A stretch of DNA of 64,000 nt from Octopus sinensis (GCF_006345805.1 NC_042999.1:129828001-129892000); one strand, 5' to 3'. Numbered from the stretch's first letter, positions 31,941 through 48,118 are shown. Made by a program: numbers and translations. Notes: generated by a model from the sequence alone, not told the origin.

Positions 31941-34379
31941 GTAATAATTTGAATTCGCCTTAAATGGTCCCTTTGCATACTGAATACTTGGTGAAATTGA
32001 TTAATAATTAATTAATTTTACCCTCAATTGTTGAAATATATATATATATATACAATAGGTTTCTTTCAGTTTCCATCTACCAAATCCATTCACAAGGCTT
32101 TGGTTGGCCTGAAGCTACAGAAGAAGACAGTTGTCCAAAGTGCCATGCAGTGGAACTGAAACTGAGACTGGAACTGTGTGGTTGTGAAGCAAACTTTTAC
32201 CATACAGCCATGCCTCCTATAACCAACAATTCTATTGTTCAAAACTGACACAGAATGAAATAAAGCAACTGAGTATAGCAAAGGCTCTGTTTTGCTTGAT
32301 AAGTTGTGAATAAGGCCAAGGGAAATTTGGCAAGCCAGAATAAGATTGCTTTTGGGACCTTCTCAATGTTCAAAAAGTTTGTAAAGTTTCTTTCTTAGAG
32401 AGGACCTTGCAGATAGCCATGGGATTCTTCTTGGCTCTCCAGGTTCCAGACCAATATACATGTTGATTCTGCTCACCTTCTATAGGTTTTGAATAAGATT
32501 TAAATATGTTTACAGTTGTCACTCATACTTAACCAGAAAAAATTGAAATAACATTAGCTAGTGACTAACTAATATAATTGTTTTCTCACTATATATATTT
32601 TTCTTTAAGCTGTTTAATATTTTGAATGTTAAGTATGTTAACTCTATCTTACCAATTGTTTTCATGTAGATGACATACTTAAGTTATTTCATTTCTAAAT
32701 AATTCTCTTTTTCTATAACAATAAATGTACAATCTTATTTTTAATTATTAGCTACTTATTCCTCTTCTTCCTCTTCCTTCTCCTCCTTCTTCATGAAGAT
32801 GATGATGCATCTGCTTTAACATGCCCACATGGAGTGCATGGATCTTGTTTTTTGTGGCTCATCACAGTAAAACTGGTCAACTTTGTTGTTGCATGTCATT
32901 GTGCTTTTGGCATGTGGCTTAGTGAAGGTGTGTGGCTTAGTGGTAAGGGTTTTCAGTTCACCATTGTCAGATTATGAGTTCGATTCCTGATAGCACATGG
33001 TGTCCTTGAGAAAGACACTTTACTTCACATTGCTCCATTCCACTCAGCTGACAAAAATGAGTAGTACCTGTAAGTCAAAGGACCAACCCTGTCACATTCT
33101 GTGTCACACTGAATCTCCCTGAAAATTATGTCAAGAGTACACATGTCTGTGGAGTACTCAACCACATGCACATTAATTTCGTGAGCAATCTGTTCCCCTG
33201 ACTGGATCAACTGGAACCTTTGTTGTTGTAACCAATTGAGTGCTACTTGTTTGTATTTTTGGTGAGGTTTTAAAAAGGTGTATACCCTTCCTATCACCAA
33301 CTACTTTACAATATGAACAAACTGCATGTTATTATGCCACTAGCTCTAAAGATGCTACCTGTAGCAGAACTAAGGTATCCTATCTACCTTTCCTCTCTCT
33401 GTTCATTCGTGTATACTTCTAGTTGGCTTTGCAATTCATCTGCACTGACTCCAGGAGCAGAGACCTTAAAATTCTCTACTGAGTTCATGCCAAAAACACA
33501 ATCACTTCACATACCAAGAAAACATTAGCATCTTACTTAAACATGAGCAGCCCATAACTAGAACCATTGTAATCATTCCAAATATTAGGCCTCACTATTA
33601 CCAAGGATCTCTCCAGGTGAATGCACATTCTCAACATAGCAAAGACTACATATGAAAAACTGACCTTTCCCTTTAGAGCCAGAAAATACTTTAGCTTTGA
33701 CAAAGCTCAGGCAAAACACATGATAAAGTACTGTTCCCACATTTAGAATATTGTTGCAATTTCACTTACGATCATTTAAGACAAATCTTGAAAAGAAGTC
33801 ACTTGATTGGTGGGCATGAAGTTACTAACAAATGCACTTTAGCCTCTGGTCCACAGTCTCTGCCTATTCTTTGAAATTAGCTAATCTCATCTCAGTGTCA
33901 CCCATAAACATGTGACTTATCCATTACATGTTTCCTAAGTCATGTAATGTCTAATGATTTTAGATCTCTCACTAACCCCTAAACCCAATGCTTTCTCTCC
34001 AGAATATTATATCTATAGAGTTCTTTTCTTGCACATTTCGTTCCTGCAGTCATCAACTTGCAACAGTCTAAGTAGAATGCTCACAACATTCCACTTATGT
34101 AAGTATCAATCTCACAGGTTTCAGATAGCCTTCAAAGACCATGGATGCAGTCCCTTTCTTCCAAACTAGAAATTATTTGAGAAAAATGGGTTCATCTTTG
34201 ATTTTGGCTTTAAAAATTAACATGGAAAACTGCCTCTTATTCACCCAATTTAAGTTGTTGCCTTTAATTACAACTTTAAGACTCCCTACTGTTACCTTGC
34301 AATTCATTTTGTGTCAATATCAAAATGAGTAAGGAGAGATGTTCAAGAATGATGGATGCCTGCAGACGTTTCTGTACGA

Positions 34380-34590
34380 ATGTGTGTATGTACATATGCA
34401 CACGCACACACACACACATGTATGTACATATGCATGCATGTATGTATGTATGTATGTATGTATGTATGTGCATATGCATGTATGTAGATATGCATGTATG
34501 TACATATGCATGTATGTACATATGCATGTATGTATGTATGTATGTATGTATGTATGTATGTATGTATGTATGTATGTATGTGCATATGTA
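34380..34590. repeat. (TATG/CATG)n microsatellite
   Basis: Directly visible; source of several spurious ORFs. Confidence 0.9.
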
Positions 34591-35151
34591 CTTGTGGTAG
34601 AGACCCTTCTGTTCAATGCTAATCAGGGTTATATTGTTCACAACAATTATAAATCATGCAGCTTCATGGCTTGTCACAACCTGCACAACAATGTAAAATA
34701 AAAATACTACTGTGAGACTATCAACTTAATTTTAAGTTGTAAAGGATACCAATGTTATCAACACTAACAAGAGTGTTGGCTAATGAGAGAGATTCAGTAG
34801 GCTAGTTATATTTTGTCAGCAACCTTTACAGTCAGAGTTCAAATCCCTTCAAATTCAATTTTGCCACTCACTTCAGTAAATAATACATACATACTTACAT
34901 ACATATATACATACATACATACATACATACATACACACAACACACCACACACACACACATATACACAAAAAATGGATGTTTATAAAACTATTCCAACATA
35001 CAATAACCACTATACCAACAATCCAACATACATCCATCATCAGCTGCCCCACAGATATCACTATGGTTTCGACACCTGGGCAGTACCATTCAATCCAGTG
35101 CTGTCAACAGCATTAAAGCTAAATATATAACTGTTTAAAAGATAATATATA

Positions 35152-35211
<60 letters not shown>

Positions 35212-36754
35212 CAACCATGCAACAGGTTGTAATGGATTCCATGTTACCAGTAACAATCATGACCAACCCCCACATGTGACCTGCTACATGGTTATGTCAT
35301 CAGCAACTATAGCAACACCACCACTAGGCTTGCCTGGTGAGGAGGATTGCTAGAAACCTAGCAGGACAAAAAACAAGACTTGTCAAAAGGGCAGATGAAC
35401 CTACTGTAGATTCAATGACTATATAGCAACAGCACAGGCCCTCAGAAGTTCTGGACTGGTGTCCAGCATGCTTGAAGACCAACGGGAGTGAGACATCTCT
35501 TAGCTTTTGTTAAAGCATGCCTCTAGGAGAAGGTCACTCAAATATAAAACCAGATATGTGGGGAATGGCACAGAACATTTTGGGGATCTTTTGCTTGTGC
35601 TTGAGATCATGGTGCTCTTACATTCCTGAACCTGTGACTCATATTGGCACTGGATATCTTGCTGTAGCTTGTCTCTTGATCATGTCAGTAGGGTAGAGTG
35701 GCCTGTGAGGTCCTGTGCATGCCTTACTAGAACTAAAACTTTAGGTTGTGCAATTGCCTGTGAGGCAACCATCTGATGCCTGGTCAAGTACAAGGACACC
35801 ACAGTGAGCAGGGAAGTCACAGGTGTGAACTCAGGTGAAGCCAAATGCTGGTGCAGTAACTCATGCACTGGCATTGCGGACATTTTGCATGGACAATGGT
35901 CAGTGATGGCCTTCCTCAGTTATGAGTTGACAGCTATCATCATCATCATATATGCATCCACACATACACACACACAGAATGTCCCCAAAAATGTATATTT
36001 ACATTAAATGACTATCAAGTCAGTACTCATTAAAGTACATCTAATTTTCAAAATTTAATAGAATCTACTGACAGAATCTAATTCTTTTAAGAATGCCTGT
36101 TTTGAAACTGATGACTATTCTTGTCCAGACATTGCTGATAGTGTGAACCAATTGAATCACAAACATCAAGAAACATTTCATTTAGTATTTCTGTGCATTC
36201 CCATGCAATGGCTGTCCTCGATTCATCAAATGTCGCCAGTTTTGTATCCTTTAAGTATTTTCATGAAAAAAGTCTACTCATATCAGGTTTAGAGAATGTG
36301 GGTATTCCATTGAATCTCTTTGTCCAATCTACCTATTTGTCAAAATCTTATCAAGGTAGCCTCTTACATTATTCTGGAAGTAGGGTGATGAGCTCTATCT
36401 GGCTGAAAATAAAACTCCATGAGGAAATTTAACAAGGAAACTAGCTTTTCTATGTGGAAGATACACAGGTACAATAAACACTGAAAATGTGCAGGAAACA
36501 GACTCCATCAACTGTCAGGGGGGCAAGCTAGAGGTAATAGATAGCTTCTGTTACCTAGGTGAACAAGTAGTAGCTGTTCAGCAAAAGAGACTGATAGAAT
36601 AAGTACTTGGTTTCCTGGGTCAATTTGTTCAACTAAAGGCAGTACTCCAGCATGGGTGCAGTCAAATGACAGAAACAAGTAAAAGAATATGTGTGTGTGT
36701 ATTTATATATATATATATATTATGTGTATGTGTGTGTTTATGTGTATATGTATA

Positions 36755-36790
<36 letters not shown>

Positions 36791-36796
36791 TGTATG

Positions 36797-36827
<31 letters not shown>

Positions 36828-39800
36828 TAGTGAAAGATGTATCATAGGCCATTGGCATACTGATAAACCTTTATTCTTCAAAGTTTCTCGTAATATTTGG
36901 TGCCCTTGTGTTGCACCAAAAAACCCCTTGTATCATAAATGCAGTGAACCATTCATTGCTTTATTGTAAGCTTGTAACCAACAATGATATTATTTATAAA
37001 ATGCAAAATAAATAAATATATTTACCCCATTATCGTCACCATCATTTAATATCCTCCTTTTATGCTGGCATTGTTTAGATGGTTCGACAGGAGCTGGCCA
37101 GATGGAAGTCTACACCAAACTTTTGTGTCTGTTTCAGCAGGGTTTTTATGGCTGGATGCCCTTCCTAACACCAACAACCCCAGCACGGGCGAAGTCAGTT
37201 TGCATACTAATTGTTAGCCAGGCGTCATTAAGGGTTTATGCACTTTGTTCAGAAACAGAAAACTACAGCTATAGTCATAATGTTTAGATTAACTAACTCA
37301 GCAAATTAACTTTATATCCACTGTGCTTCAACACACTCACTGACAAGCTAGAAATAACAGTCCAATCTCCTTCAATTCTGCCTTTGTTTTAATTGATTTT
37401 TAAAATAAGGGAGAATTTATCAAAATAACTTTGTGAATATTAAACTGTTTGGAACATCAATTAACATGAAACTTTGAGGAAAATTTTTTTATTTAGATTT
37501 CTTTAAAACAGAAAATTTGCATTATAGAACCAGGGAAAGTTTTAGATGGGTTGGTATGTTGAACTCCACGACAATAAACCTAATGTTAGATATGAAAAAT
37601 AAACCCATATTTCAAAATTATGATTTTTCTTTATTAATTTCTAATTAACAAATATCCTTTTCTAATCTAGGCACAAGGCCTGAAATTTGGGGGGAGGGGG
37701 CCAGTCGATTAGATCGACCTCAGTATGCAACTGGTACTTAATTTATCAACCCCGAAAAGATGAAAGGCAAAGTCGACCTCAGCTGAATTTGAACTCAGAA
37801 TGTGATGTCAGACGAAATACTGCTAAGCATTTCACCCAGCGTGCTAACGTTTCTGCTATCTTGCCGCCTTCTAATTAACAAGTATCACACATGCATGCAC
37901 GCATGCATGCACACACACACAGATAGTAATTGTTATGATTCATAGAGTTATACATTCTTCTCTTTTAAATGCTATCATTTGTAGATGATTTAAGGAGGGA
38001 AATTTATTTATTGCTAGAATGTCATTTTTACCACCACCCAGCTTTGATGTAGGATTAAAATCTGTTTGTCAGCTGGAAGAAAAACAAACAAGAAATGCTT
38101 AAGCTACAATTTGATTAACCCTTTAGTATTCAGACTGGCCATTTCAGGCCCAAATCTTCTACCTGTTTTATGTTCAAACTGACCAGATCAGGCCTCTCAC
38201 ACCTACCCTACAATGTCATTCTAAAAATATACATTCACATTATTAAAATCACAAAGCTACAAAATAATGCATGATTAATTAAAAACAATGTGAATAAATT
38301 AGGATTACATTTAACAGAGTAATCTGAATGTTAAAGGGTTAAGGATTTGGTTTAGTAATCTGAAGAAAATACTGAAATACCAGATGCTTGAAATTTGTTA
38401 CAAACTACACTGAAACAAAGTGAGATAAGTCTAATCCTGATAAACATCAAGAGCAAATGCCCTGAAAGAAACTGACAAAGGAAATAATTGCTTAAGATTA
38501 CAAAAAATAACAATGAGGGTCACAATAAGAAAATGTACTACGAGAAAAATTCCTCTGGTTTCCATTTCAACAGAAAATACTAAAGACAAATATACTTCAC
38601 TCATTTGGAGAAATATTTTGGAATATTTCAAATAAATTTCCTTTGAGGTGAAATTTGAAGGCTTCTAAGTTTCTAAGTTTTTTAAGCTTCTAAGTTTGAA
38701 CAAATCTGGTTACAATCTCTATATTACAAAACACATTTTTTTTCTTTTATAATGATTGAAGAGGTTTACTTACTAATTAATTATTGGTAAATTTCAGTTT
38801 CTACAGTATGTTAAGTAATACAGATAAATCCAGGTATGAGCATTAAAAAATAAAGAAAAGTTGAAACTTGTTGTAAAAGACATGGATCTAGATGCATTGA
38901 GGTCTTTAACTATGAGAAGTCAAATTGCTAGTGGCTTGAAAGGTAATTAAAGAAATGAACAAAAGTGACCTGAAAGTCATAAAAAAAAACAGCATGTGAG
39001 AGAAAAAAGGAAAAAAAAGAAACAAAATATCATTTTTGAATATTATGATTTTAATGATTAAAGCAGAGTGTTCTGAAGAAAATGCATTTGAAGTGAAATA
39101 TTTATTACTTTATGAGCCAGATGAGTTTTCAGAAGTGAAGGGGGAAAACAAATTGAAATATCTTTACGGGTTTATACATGCATACTTTCATTACCTTTAT
39201 AAAACACATTTATTTCTTAAAGGATAGAAAACTTAACAATCCAAGCCAGTATATCAAAACAAACCTAAAATATTTGAAGTTAAAGATGTGAACAACTGAA
39301 TGTTTTTGTAGTTGTTGTGTAGTGCCTCTTAGATAGACCGGCTCTGATTTTATTTCATGGTTGAGTAGTCAGCAGAATGAAGGGGATTGAACTGTAAAAC
39401 AATTGTTTCAACAAGTGAAATAAAAAAAATATCCCCCTTATACATTATGGTGGAATGCAGCTTATACATATATCATTACATAAAAGATGTTTTTTGGGGG
39501 CCAAAATTTCATAAATTTGCTAGCTCTGGCCACACTGTTCAACCCATGCCAGCATGGACATGGACATTAAATGATGATGATGATGTATATATATATTATG
39601 TGTGTGTATGTATGTAATTACATATATATATATATATACATTATATATATGTTATATATATAATATATAAATATTATATATATATATATTATCACATCAT
39701 TGTTTAACGTCCATCTTCCATGCATGCATGGGTAGGACAGTTGACAGGCGCCAGCAGGGTATAAAACCTACCCTAGGCTACTGTGTCTGTCTTGACAGAG

Positions 39801-42800
39801 ATTTTACAGCTGGATGTCCTTCCTAACATTAACCACTCTGCAGAGTGGACTCAGTACTTTTTACGGGCCACTAGCACAGGTGAGGTCAGTTTCGGCATGA
39901 TTTTTACATCTGGATGCCCTTCCAAATGCCAACCACTTCACAGTGTGGACTGGATGCTTTTAACATGGCACCAGCACTGGCAGAGTCAGCAAGTTACATG
40001 CAAAACAAGGAATTATGAGAGGGGCGGGGCATTTGAGGAGGGGAACTTGCGTCAGCGGATGAAAGTTTAGACAGAAGCAGATGTCTCACCACAACAGAGA
40101 GGGCATTAGAGAAGATGATCCAATGTCAGATGATAAAAGATTAGAATATAACAGAGAAATAACAAGGCAGAAATAGGTCTCTTGCTACAGAGGAGGTACA
40201 TGGTTACCCAGTGTTATATGTGGTTATACATATGTCTGTGGATATATATATAAATATATGTATGTATGTATATATGTATGTATCTATCTATCTATTTATC
40301 TACCTATCAATCTTCTCTCTCCTCTTTTTTCTGATTTGGATAGCTATGTATCTCCTCAACAGCAAGACACATGTTTCTATCTCTCTATTATACTCTAACC
40401 TCTCATCAACTGGAACAAAGCCTACACTATCAATACTACTCCTCTTCTCAGTTGAGGGTCTTTGTCTTACAGGGTACTTGGTGACCCTACCAGTGCTGGT
40501 GCAACATAAAAAAGCACCCAGTACACTCTGTAAAGTGGTTGGCATTAGGACGGGGTATCCAGCTGTAGAAACCATGTGAAAGCAGACAGTAGAGTTTTCT
40601 AGTTCCCCTAACTAACTGTCCAACCCCTACCAGCATGGAAAACAGATGTTAAATGGTCATGATGATTAGTGATATATACATAAATACATGTATGTGTTTG
40701 TGTGTGTGTGTGTGTGTAATGTAAAGGAATAGGGATTTGGAATCTGGGCATGTACCTTATTAGTACTTCAAAAAATCAAATGGTAGGGAACACATAAAAT
40801 TGTGTAAGGCAAACAATTACATGGTACTTCACTCAACAAATAAATCTCAAGTTCACTTCTTGGGATTTAATATACCATATGGAGTAAATATTCAAGTCAT
40901 CAAAAAAAAGAATGAACAATCATACATTCTCAAAATTTGTTTATTACAGTATTATTCACATTATATTTCAGACATTTATTCTGCTGCATAAACTTAATAT
41001 CTCTTGGTTTAGCATTTATCAGCATTCAACTGGTTCAATTGCAGTATATATTTGTTCAGGGTAGATGTATCTGTGTAGCTTTATTCAAGCTTGTACCAAT
41101 GTGATTGGGTGAAGCAAACTGAGAAATTCAGCCTTTGATAGCCTTTCTCAAAGGATAACTTAGGTGGTGGGGAGCATTAAAGCTTAATGTACATTAAGGT
41201 AAAGCAATACTAGGATGTTTTCCAGATTTTTCTCCCCATAAGCACATTTTATGGAATGTTGATGTCGCGGTCCACTGCTGGGATTTAAGCAATAATAACA
41301 AAATAATTTATTTAAATCTTTAACCCCCACCCCACATCAAGCAAGTCCATATGTTTGTGTGTGTGTGTGTAAGAAAAAGCATATTTACTAACAGAAAAAT
41401 ATGCTATTAAAATAAATGTTGTGGATAGCTGAAAAAGAAAAAAAACTACCTTGTCTTTAGTGCTTGGGGCTGACATAAAGCTAAGGGGTCCTTCACAAAG
41501 GAGCTGCATCCTCAGCTTGGAATGATGAAGACAAACTGGGGAGTAGAGAAGTATGGAAAGTTGTTAGGGACAGCAAGAGAAAGAGCGAAACAAAATCTGA
41601 GAGAAAAGTGAGTCAGGTCAAAGATGCACCTGGTAGAGGCCATTTACCTCTGGAATGGCATGGAATTCAGTCCTCAGAATCAACAACATTAACAAATAAT
41701 CTGAACTATGTGAATGAGAAGTGGAAGAGTAATATCTGATTGAAAAGCTATGTTCGGATTTTGTGGAATACTTAAATGCTAGAATATTGATAAAAAAAAT
41801 CATGCTGGTGGTCTTTTTAAGAACTATATGTGAATTACCCAAAGGATGTGGCAGGATTCAATCAAGTTCAACACTAAAAACATGGATACTTTCAGGAGTC
41901 TCAGGATTCAATACCAGGAAGTAATGCCCTGAACCACACTTGGTGACAGCTTCTCAACTGTGAGTGGATTGCCCTTGTTTATTTGTATGATATTTATATT
42001 TCTTCTATATTATAGTTAAGTGAAGTATAATATGATGGAAAATAATGGAAAATGATTGAAGTGCAGCTGCTTCTTAAACTCAAGTCAACTCTGATCTTGC
42101 AAACCTATGCTCAAAGACATTCCAACCATGATGATCCAATGTATTCTTCCTTTATAAGATAGTTGAATGTGAATGAAAACAATGAAGTAATTTTGTTGCT
42201 ATTTCTAAAAAACATGCAATTCATAGAAGTTACCTTGTTGGTTTGATGGTGAAGTTTGGTTCAGTAAGGTATAAACCAATACTTTTTACTCAGAGACATC
42301 TTGAATAGATGATATTTCTACTAATTAAAAATCTCTTATGCTATAAAGGAAAGTTCTCTTGTTGTAGTTTAGATCCAGCTGAGCCTTGAATGAGCTGAAT
42401 CTAAATAACAGTCATTCAGGGCTGATTGAATAAACAGACCTATAATCAAACATTTTTCAATCTTGACCAAGCATTGCATATATTGGGCTTCTCCTTGGGT
42501 ATTTTCAGAAGTGAAATCAATCCAGAACCATGTGGTTGGGAAGTAAACTAATCTACACAGTAATGCCTGCACTTATAGTTTATATACTATACTACATCTA
42601 AGTTACTCAACATTTTATTGTTACTGCAGTCATTCTATCTCAGCTGTACTAGTTACTTCACACTTCACATTTATTCAGGACAATATAAATGATTACAAGG
42701 TAATATAATAAAAATAAATGCTCTTATGATTATTTTTCTGTCATAATTTTATTTTCTTAATGAATGCATCCATCAATTTGAAATATATCAACACTTATAT

Positions 42801-43089
42801 ATTACTTTGTCAAATTGTAAAACCTGTTTTTAACACAGAACTTCATTTAATTTAAAGCAGTTAAATTTGGGAGGGTGGGGGACATAAAGCACAGCAGTCA
42901 ATTATAATTACATGTAAAAAAAATTAGGCTTTGAGAGGCAAAAGTATGCAATATACATTATGGTATCATATATGTTCGAGTGAATAACTATGTTAATTTT
43001 TCTGTTAAGTTGCAGCTCTTTCTTACTTCACACTTTTCATATTAATAGTTTTACGGGATATTAAGAGTTTAGAAGGGTACAGCTCTAGG

Positions 43090-43735
43090 GAAGTGGCATG
43101 CAGTCTAAGAGATGAAACAGCTATTTTCTTGGACAAGTCATCCTTTACCTTATTTCCAATCACTGGGTGAGTATACATGTGAAGACAGCCAAAAGAAGCA
43201 TTTGACCCAGACTGCCTTCTTCCAACTGTTAAACATGGAGGATCTGTGATGATCTGGGCAGGGGAGAGGGCTATATCTTGGAAATCTGCTGGCCCAATGG
43301 TTTCCCTTCTTGGCAGAATTAAGTCAAGACTATTTAAGCATTTTATCTGATCAATGGTTGCAGAACTGTTTCCAGAGAGAAATGTAATCTTTCAGGATGA
43401 TAATGCACCAATTCACACAGCTAAAGTTGTTACTGAATGGCACAAGGAACACTCTTGTGAAGTTGAACATCTTATCTGGCCACCACAGTCCTCAATATCA
43501 TTGAACATTTATGGTGCATTTTAGAAAAACAAGGAGTCAATATCTGCCACCATCTTCACAAGAACTGGAGACTGTTTTAGCTGAAGAATGGACAAAAATT
43601 CCTTTGGAAACAATTTCGATTGTACGAGTCCATACCTTGTAGAATTCAAGCTGTAATTACTGCCAAAGGTGGTCCTACCTCATATTAAAATTTGTTTCAA
43701 TTTTAAGGTGTTCCCATTATTTTGTCCAACCCCTG
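43090..43735 (+). mobile_element. Tc1-family (DD34E) transposon fossil, right half
   Basis: PTVKHGG-SVMIW, IFQDDNAPIHTAK, WPPQS..NIIEHLW and RIQAVITAKGGPTSY*; right TIR ...TTTTGTCCAACCCCTG followed by TA. Confidence 0.85.
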
Positions 43736-45469
43736 TATATGTGAGTACTTTATCTAGACATCATATAATGGTTGTAAATGTGCATCATCATGATACAAGT
43801 AAGGTTGTTTGCTTCCAGTCTTTGTGAAAATCATGTCTAGCTATGGGAAAATACTTGCTTGGAAATTGGTGAGAGCTGGCAACAAGAGCATCCAACCATA
43901 AAACAATTTCCTCAATAAATTTTGCCTAATCCATGCTAGTATGGAAAAATGGACATTAAATGACAACAGTTAAAGAAGTGTATATAGAGGATGTACTTCT
44001 ACAACTGTTCAAGTAGTATTTTAATGAAGAACATACTGAATTAGCAGGAGCTGTTCAGGCATGAATATATCCTCTCTCTCAATAGGATGCCTAATCTTTA
44101 TGGAGAATAAAGTGCAGAATCTGACCTTCTTACAAACTGTCAATATTTAGTTAAAGGTCAAGAATCTGAAATATTAGATTTACTTCTTATATTAATTAAA
44201 CTGATTGATATTCTCTAAATTCTTAGTCTTTAAATTGTTTGGCAATGTGGGGGTCACCAAAGAAATTTCTGGTTGATTGTAAAGTCTAATATTAGTAAGA
44301 ACACAAGGGTTATAGTTTTTATATACTTCATGAATATAAATTTTATGCTTTGGGATAATTTTAGGAAATGAAGTAATTTGCACAAAGATTAAAATAATAG
44401 CTTGGTTTTAGAATGTTTAGCTGAAATTCATCAATCTTTTAAATCTGTGTTGAGTAAAACTGAGTGTCAATTTTTGGGAATTAGACTATTTTTGTAGAAT
44501 AAGTCTCAACAAAAATGAAAAGTATGTATGTATAATATAGTCAATAGGTGAGGGCAGATAAGTTCAGTATAGAAAACACATAGTAGTGCCCAAATGAATT
44601 TAAACTTAAACTTTGACTTCTTCATTTGGGAAAGGTCCAGTGTCAAGAGTGACTATAAGAGAAATTCAAAATGAGCTGATATGGGGGTAATTATGCAGGT
44701 AGACAGTTAGGCTTGATATATACACAGTTGTATAATGAATGGAATGTTCTTTTCATTTCTCTATTTCTTTTTTAAACCTAAGCGGTTCATAAGTCGACCA
44801 AGGGATCTGCAGGAGATGCCTAGTTCATTGGAAACTCACTTTTTTGATTTCTGGGTTCTTTGAATCAATGCTTGAGCCACACAACTGTATATGTATTTTT
44901 GCCCACCCCTATATATATAAGGGTGGGCAAGGAACACAATAAATACAGAATAAAATATAAAGAAATTAAGTAACTCAACAGCTGTCTCTGGAAGCCAAGG
45001 GTTACATATTAATCATAATTTGATCTATGCAAAAAAAAGTCATGAGTATGCAACCAGTAACCAGTCACATGAAGATACTACAGTAAGTCCAGTTCCCTTC
45101 TTCATGAGAAGATTGGCAAAATGATGATAATAACAATGTAGTTCAGGAGTAAGATAACACAAGAAATCAGTAAATCTTTAATTAAAGTTATCTGATGGAG
45201 AAGTAGGTATTGAACAAGTGAAACATGAGTTATGTCTTCTTCATAATTTTAATGAGACTAGAAAGATATAGAAAACATATATAGGGTCAAGTAGCAAAAT
45301 CAAAACTGTTGAGATGCTTCTAAGCCTGTAACTATAACTGAAAAATTAGAAGCATGAAACTTTGTCTTAACATAAGGCAAGATAATACTAGATATATATA
45401 TATATATATTTACTATTAGCAATTACAATCAATTGAATATGGATGTGAAAGACGAAGCATGCTTTTTCT

Positions 45470-45970
45470 GCCTACATGACATTGGACCAATACTCATTGA
45501 GAACAGGTCCATATCAAGTAGATTTAGACCTGGCAAGCAAGAAGGCCAAACTTCTTTGGGAATACATTGTGGAATCCTGAGTATGCTTCGAACATTATGT
45601 GATCTTGAATAAATATAACTCATTCAGATCATAATTTTGAGTAATCCAGGGCATCAGAACTTTTATTGGGGATGTTTAAATACTCAGTTGCATTAAGACC
45701 AGCTTCAATGAAATGAAATCTCACAACCATTGTTTGCAGTAGCTCCAAATGCCCATCACCAAAGCATGAATGCAATAAATCTGGAAGGCTTGAAAGCAAT
45801 ATCTCTCCAGTTGTAGTGTTTTCATGACAGTGGATTTCAAATTTCTTATCAACAAAGACCCTCACTTTCCCTCCAATGTATGTCAAGTAATTAAGAAGTT
45901 CTAGAATTCTCTCAACCATAACAGCTTCAAGAATGAGTAGTGAGAATGCTTCAATACTTGTTGCAAACAT
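45470..45970 (-). mobile_element. Decayed maT/Tc1-like transposase fragment
   Basis: FIEAGLNATEYLNI, VLMPWITQNY and PKEVWPSCLPGLNLLD in shifting frames. Confidence 0.55.
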
Positions 45971-47992
45971 ATGACTTCATACCTAAGTCAGTTTTAATGG
46001 CACTAGCTATCATCCTCCTGTTTATATAATGGGTCTTTGTAAGCTTGATCAACGTGGAAGATAGATTTATTACAACAGATTTTTTTTAACAATCCAAAAA
46101 GGAGCAGCTATGTCAGCAAGCAGGCCCTGTTAAATGGGTGACATATCTCTTGTCAAAAGGGCTATGCCCAGGGTGACATATTTTAGCTATAACTTTTTGT
46201 CATAGTGATTCCATTTTAAAACAGTTTAAATTTTGCTGCCTGACCCTGTCTGTATTGGTAAGTTGAAAGATAAAAGCTGAAATAATTTAGTCAATGTTAT
46301 GGTTGGTTGTTGGTTACCAAACAACTTCAGGATCTTTAATAATCAGCTAATTAACTTTAGAGTCAATAAACACTGCATAGTACAAGTGAGGAACTCATCT
46401 AACAAGATAAACTTAACTCTTTTTTTCTCAGACTATATAACTTCTACCTCTAGTTAAGCATGATAAACACATGCAATTATAGAAATGATAAAAGAACTAT
46501 AAAAGTTACTCCAAAATAACCCATTTATGTGAGAGGAAGAAGCCATCAAGTTGAATGAAATACACTAAGCAGGAGTTTAGATGATAGTTCTTGCTTTCAG
46601 AAGAAACTGATATAATCTTGTAATGTTGCAGGTAAAAACTGAACAGAAAAGTTTGGATCAACATAGAAAATACATTAACACAGCAATGCTAATTTGGGAA
46701 AATAAACTCACTGAATTTACAAGAAAATCAAAATACAGTAAAAGTTTTTTTTTTTAGCAGTGTAAAGTGTATAAATGTTTTTTTAATAAAAGGTAACCAA
46801 TAAAGATTTTGTTAACTGTAAATAAACAACCAACTCTATATGTTAGTATAATTTTTTATGCTTGCAAAGTAATTTATAGAAAGATACAATTTGTTAAGTC
46901 AGAAGTAACTAAATATGTAGCAGTAAAAAAATAGTCTTAAAAGCAAAAAATTACTGGACATTAAATAAAACAGAATTGGTAAATTTAATCCAAATTTGTA
47001 GATGAAATTCAATATTAGATTTCATATCACTGTCTGCTGTCAGTTATTCAAGGATGGCTGAAGAACCCTTACATCTCAAGATCTAGACTAGAATTGATGA
47101 GTCAATCTTGGTTTAAAAGTGGCATTCAAAATATGTATGTGCTTGCGTGTATGTGTATATGCATGCATAGATGAATGTGTGTGTGTGTGTGTGTGTATGA
47201 TGGAAATGGAAGAGGTCTTTAATAGTGCTAGGCTTGGGTATGTGATCGAAGTAAAACCTTTGGCTCCATATATAAGTTATTAGTGTTTCAGATCACGCAT
47301 TTGATAGAGTTAACATACACAAATATTCAACATCAATTTGAGAAAGATTTATAAATAAGAACCTAATAAACTTTGGATCACCATCAATTAAACTGTCCAA
47401 AGATTCTGAATGGTGATTTTACTAGAAATCTGAAATACCAAGCAGTTACTAAGTATTTCTGATCACTTCATCTACATGCAGGAATTGAATGTCTGAATTA
47501 ATGTTTGTTATATAAATATATATAAATAATAAATAATTTAAAAATAACAAGAATAAGAAAGTTATTATTTTATTAAAAAAAAAAAAAAGAACTGAAAGCT
47601 TTTAGTGTATGTGTATGTATGTAAGTTTTGTCTGAGCATTAATGTCTAAAGGTTGGAAAGAACTTATGTGAGTGAACCAGTTTGTGTAGTTAACTTATTA
47701 CTGTCAAAAGGAGTAGATTATGGGTAAACTGGAAAGTAGCAGCCTTCCAGTGCTTGAAGCAAGTCCACAAGTAACAGTTTCTCTCTCACCATGAGCCTTC
47801 ACAACACAAAGAAATGAAGATTGTAGAAGCTGTGAATGGTAGAGAAGTGACGTAACGTAGAGAAGAAGCAATCAATAGATGCAACTAGGTGTGGTAGCAG
47901 CATCTATAATTCTCATTGCCAACTTTTCCTAACTTTCACTGCAACACACAACCACAGAAATAGTGTCATTTTCTGCTGAGTAAATTAACTAT

Positions 47993-48118
<126 letters not shown>

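Noticed and set aside
44899-44931. Palindrome TTGCCCACCC..TATATATA..GGGTGGGCAA
   Set aside because: Most simply two Tc1-like TIR ends abutting at a TA run; too short to call a functional element.
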